From Methanobacteriota archaeon (GTDB taxonomy: Archaea > Thermoplasmatota > Poseidoniia > Poseidoniales > Thalassarchaeaceae): 64,000 bases of DNA. The notes under the pieces were generated by a model. The model searched no databases. It saw only the letters and a list, made by a program, of their open reading frames with translations, and was not told where the DNA came from. Shown one piece after another: positions 62,036-64,000 of this stretch. The stretch spans positions 22,741 to 86,740 of the forward strand of contig JAPOKZ010000001.1 in assembly GCA_029977385.1 (NCBI GenBank), given 5' to 3'. Position numbers and translations under genes: made by a program. Numbering within the stretch: the stretch's first letter is position 1; each line of letters opens with the position of its first letter.

Positions 62036-64000
62036 TCCGACTGAATACTGCTCAGAGACTGGCTCTGAATCTGGACTCGCACATCGTAATCGATGCTGGG
62101 GCTGGAACCGGAAAGACAAGCACCATCGTCGACAGAGTCATCGAGCACTACCTAGCCAATGACCAGAGAGCCACCCGAATCCTCCCGAAGCCAGCCAGGG
62201 CACCAAGCATAGGAGGGGGAATGGTTACCGCACCTGCCTCAGAGAAAACCAACCTGCAGGATTGGAACGGCCTACTGCCAAGCGAGGTAGTCCTACTTAC
62301 GTTCACTAACAGAGCAGCCGATGAGATGAAGGACAGACTTCGAAGAACTATCTCGAGAATCAGGCCCGGCCCTCTCGGCGACGACGGCAAACACCGCTAC
62401 GATCCTAGAGTCGAGAGCCAAGGATTCATCGAGCAACTCCTCACTCTCCTCGAGGATGCTCCTATCGGGACGATAGACTCGTTCCTGTCTCAGTTGGTTT
62501 CCCCGTACAGAGGGAGACTGGGAGACGCTCTCAGTAGGGAGAACGTATCTGACGCTGCGAGGGCAATCTTGGTGGAGACGTCCCTCAGAACGATATGGAG
62601 ACTAGCAAGCGACAGTTCCAGAATAGGAGACGCGGTCGATGCCGGGATTCCGGCGCATATAGCTTCTGAGGTACTCTCCGCGAGGGATAGGGTGGCAAGG
62701 CACTACTCCGGCAGGACTTCTGCTTCCAGGGTTCTCCGAGCGCTTGTCGGGAAATCTGTGTTCGTGGAAGAGTCATCGCGCAAAGTAATGGACCAAAGCG
62801 GTAACGTGGACAGGGACAAGCTACTCAGAATGATCATGTCATCGATAGAAGAAACGGACATCGATGAACAAGCCGAGAGGGTCCACGTAATCATCAGAGA
62901 AATCTTCGAGACCATCAAGGAATGCATCCAGACCCCCTCTTCATCCGGCTGGGCAGCCGGGACCAGGATGGCCTGCCTAGAAGAGCTAGATAGAACCGGA
63001 CCTCCAACTGATCCTTGGGGAAAGCTGTGCTGGATGGGGCACATACTGACGAGCACAGTTAGCCCATCCACACTGATGTCAAAGGAAATGCGACATTTCC
63101 CTGGTATGAAGCTGCCATCAGATGAATGGGAGGCAGGGATTAGGAGCTTCGCAGAGATAAAAGATGCGAATCTGAAGGCACTTTACAGAACCAAATTGAA
63201 GGAGAAAACAGCTGAACTATCCAGTATCTGGTCGGATGAATTGGGAAGCATGGTCCTCCATTTCGTGAGAATTGCAGTCCTACTGGGCGAATCAGAACCT
63301 CCTCAGGTCCCCGATGGGTGGTCGAAGCCGATAACCACCCTGGCCGTGGACATCCCTGAGAGAATCGAGAATCCCAACATGAACCATCACTTCAGCCTAG
63401 AGGCGGAAATTCAGAATCTCAGGGACCTCCATCTTCTGCATCTTGGATTCCAAGGAGTGATGAAGAAACTCAAGCAGCGTGATGAGACTCACGACTTCGA
63501 CGATATCCAGAGGCTAGCAGGCGACCTACTGCTGGCAAACTGCCCCGAGGTATGCAGGACTTTCTACCATCCCAACGTACAACAGGCCTTGGATTCCATT
63601 GATCAGAGAAGCCCATGGAGGGACGACCATATTAACAGGGCAATAGAAGCAATATCCAATCTGGAGGAAAATCGCGATCTCGCCGGAGAGGCAGCATCGA
63701 GACTGGCAGCCATGCGAGCCGATATCGAGAGTCGGCACCTCTTGCTAGGTCAAATCAGAAGGAGGTTCAGAGCATTCATCATTGATGAGGCACAAGACAA
63801 CTCGCCCTTGCAATGGAGGCTTCTATCTCGTCTTTGGGGTCCTAGAGAGATAAGAGAAGAAGAAGGTCAGAGGGCAGATACCCCATGGGAACCAACCGTT
63901 TGCTATGTTGGTGACGTTAAGCAGAGCATCTATGCCTTCAGGCAGGCAGAGGTCACAGGATTCCTAGACTTCGCGAAGTCTCTGAGGGCGGTGAACGTTC
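62032..64000 (+). CDS. addA: AddA/RexA-like UvrD superfamily-1 helicase, 3' end truncated by window edge
   Basis: Not in ORF track. Manual translation: LIRLNTAQRLAL...IDAGAGTGKT (Q motif, Walker A), LLTFTNRAADEMKDR (Ia), IGTIDSF, HDFDDI, FIIDEAQDNSPLQW (Walker B), VGDVKQSIYAFRQA (III). Confidence 0.92.
   Translation, partial: MIRLNTAQRLALNLDSHIVIDAGAGTGKTSTIVDRVIEHYLANDQRATRILPKPARAPSIGGGMVTAPASEKTNLQDWNGLLPSEVVLLTFTNRAADEMKDRLRRTISRIRPGPLGDDGKHRYDPRVESQGFIEQLLTLLEDAPIGTIDSFLSQLVSPYRGRLGDALSRENVSDAARAILVETSLRTIWRLASDSSRIGDAVDAGIPAHIASEVLSARDRVARHYSGRTSASRVLRALVGKSVFVEESSRKVMDQSGNVDRDKLLRMIMSSIEETDIDEQAERVHVIIREIFETIKECIQTPSSSGWAAGTRMACLEELDRTGPPTDPWGKLCWMGHILTSTVSPSTLMSKEMRHFPGMKLPSDEWEAGIRSFAEIKDANLKALYRTKLKEKTAELSSIWSDELGSMVLHFVRIAVLLGESEPPQVPDGWSKPITTLAVDIPERIENPNMNHHFSLEAEIQNLRDLHLLHLGFQGVMKKLKQRDETHDFDDIQRLAGDLLLANCPEVCRTFYHPNVQQALDSIDQRSPWRDDHINRAIEAISNLEENRDLAGEAASRLAAMRADIESRHLLLGQIRRRFRAFIIDEAQDNSPLQWRLLSRLWGPREIREEEGQRADTPWEPTVCYVGDVKQSIYAFRQAEVTGFLDFAKSLRAVNV

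Noticed and set aside
62148..63738. Short minus-strand ORFs at the right end
   Set aside because: Antisense to the continuous addA frame.

Overview
Densely packed archaeal chromosomal segment. The mix of archaeal core genes (rpl18e-rpl13-rps9-rpoN-tRNA-Pro, MCM, GatE, Trm1, Pth2, two PAC2 proteasome chaperones) with many bacterial-type genes (NAD-dependent LigA, AddAB, RlmH, NfuA, class II NrdJ) and giant acidic surface proteins points to a Marine Group II (Poseidoniales) genome; this placement is inferred, not searched. I find about 45 CDS and 3 tRNAs, and no CRISPR array, integrase or transposase. Two long genes are missing from the ORF track because they run off the window ends: nrdJ (left, minus strand) and addA (right, plus strand). 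Most notable observations: (1) a Liv-type ABC importer whose lipoprotein fuses a circularly permuted type-2 amino-acid-binding domain to two type-1 Venus-flytrap domains, with a fused LivH-(TM2-like)-LivM permease; (2) addA has no ATG/GTG/TTG before its Walker A motif and probably starts at a CTG overlapping the addB stop; (3) a degenerate TT(C/G/A)A(A/T) promoter box sits about 26-32 nt before many start codons, implying leaderless mRNAs; (4) a cysteine dioxygenase carries the mammalian-type Cys-Tyr crosslink residues; (5) two coiled-coil proteins share an altered HhH-like C-terminal module; (6) there is a B12 capture/adenosylation/use gene set; (7) a 2639-aa TSP3-repeat membrane protein and an RCC1 plus Cys-repeat stalk protein. 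All family assignments come from motif recognition by eye.
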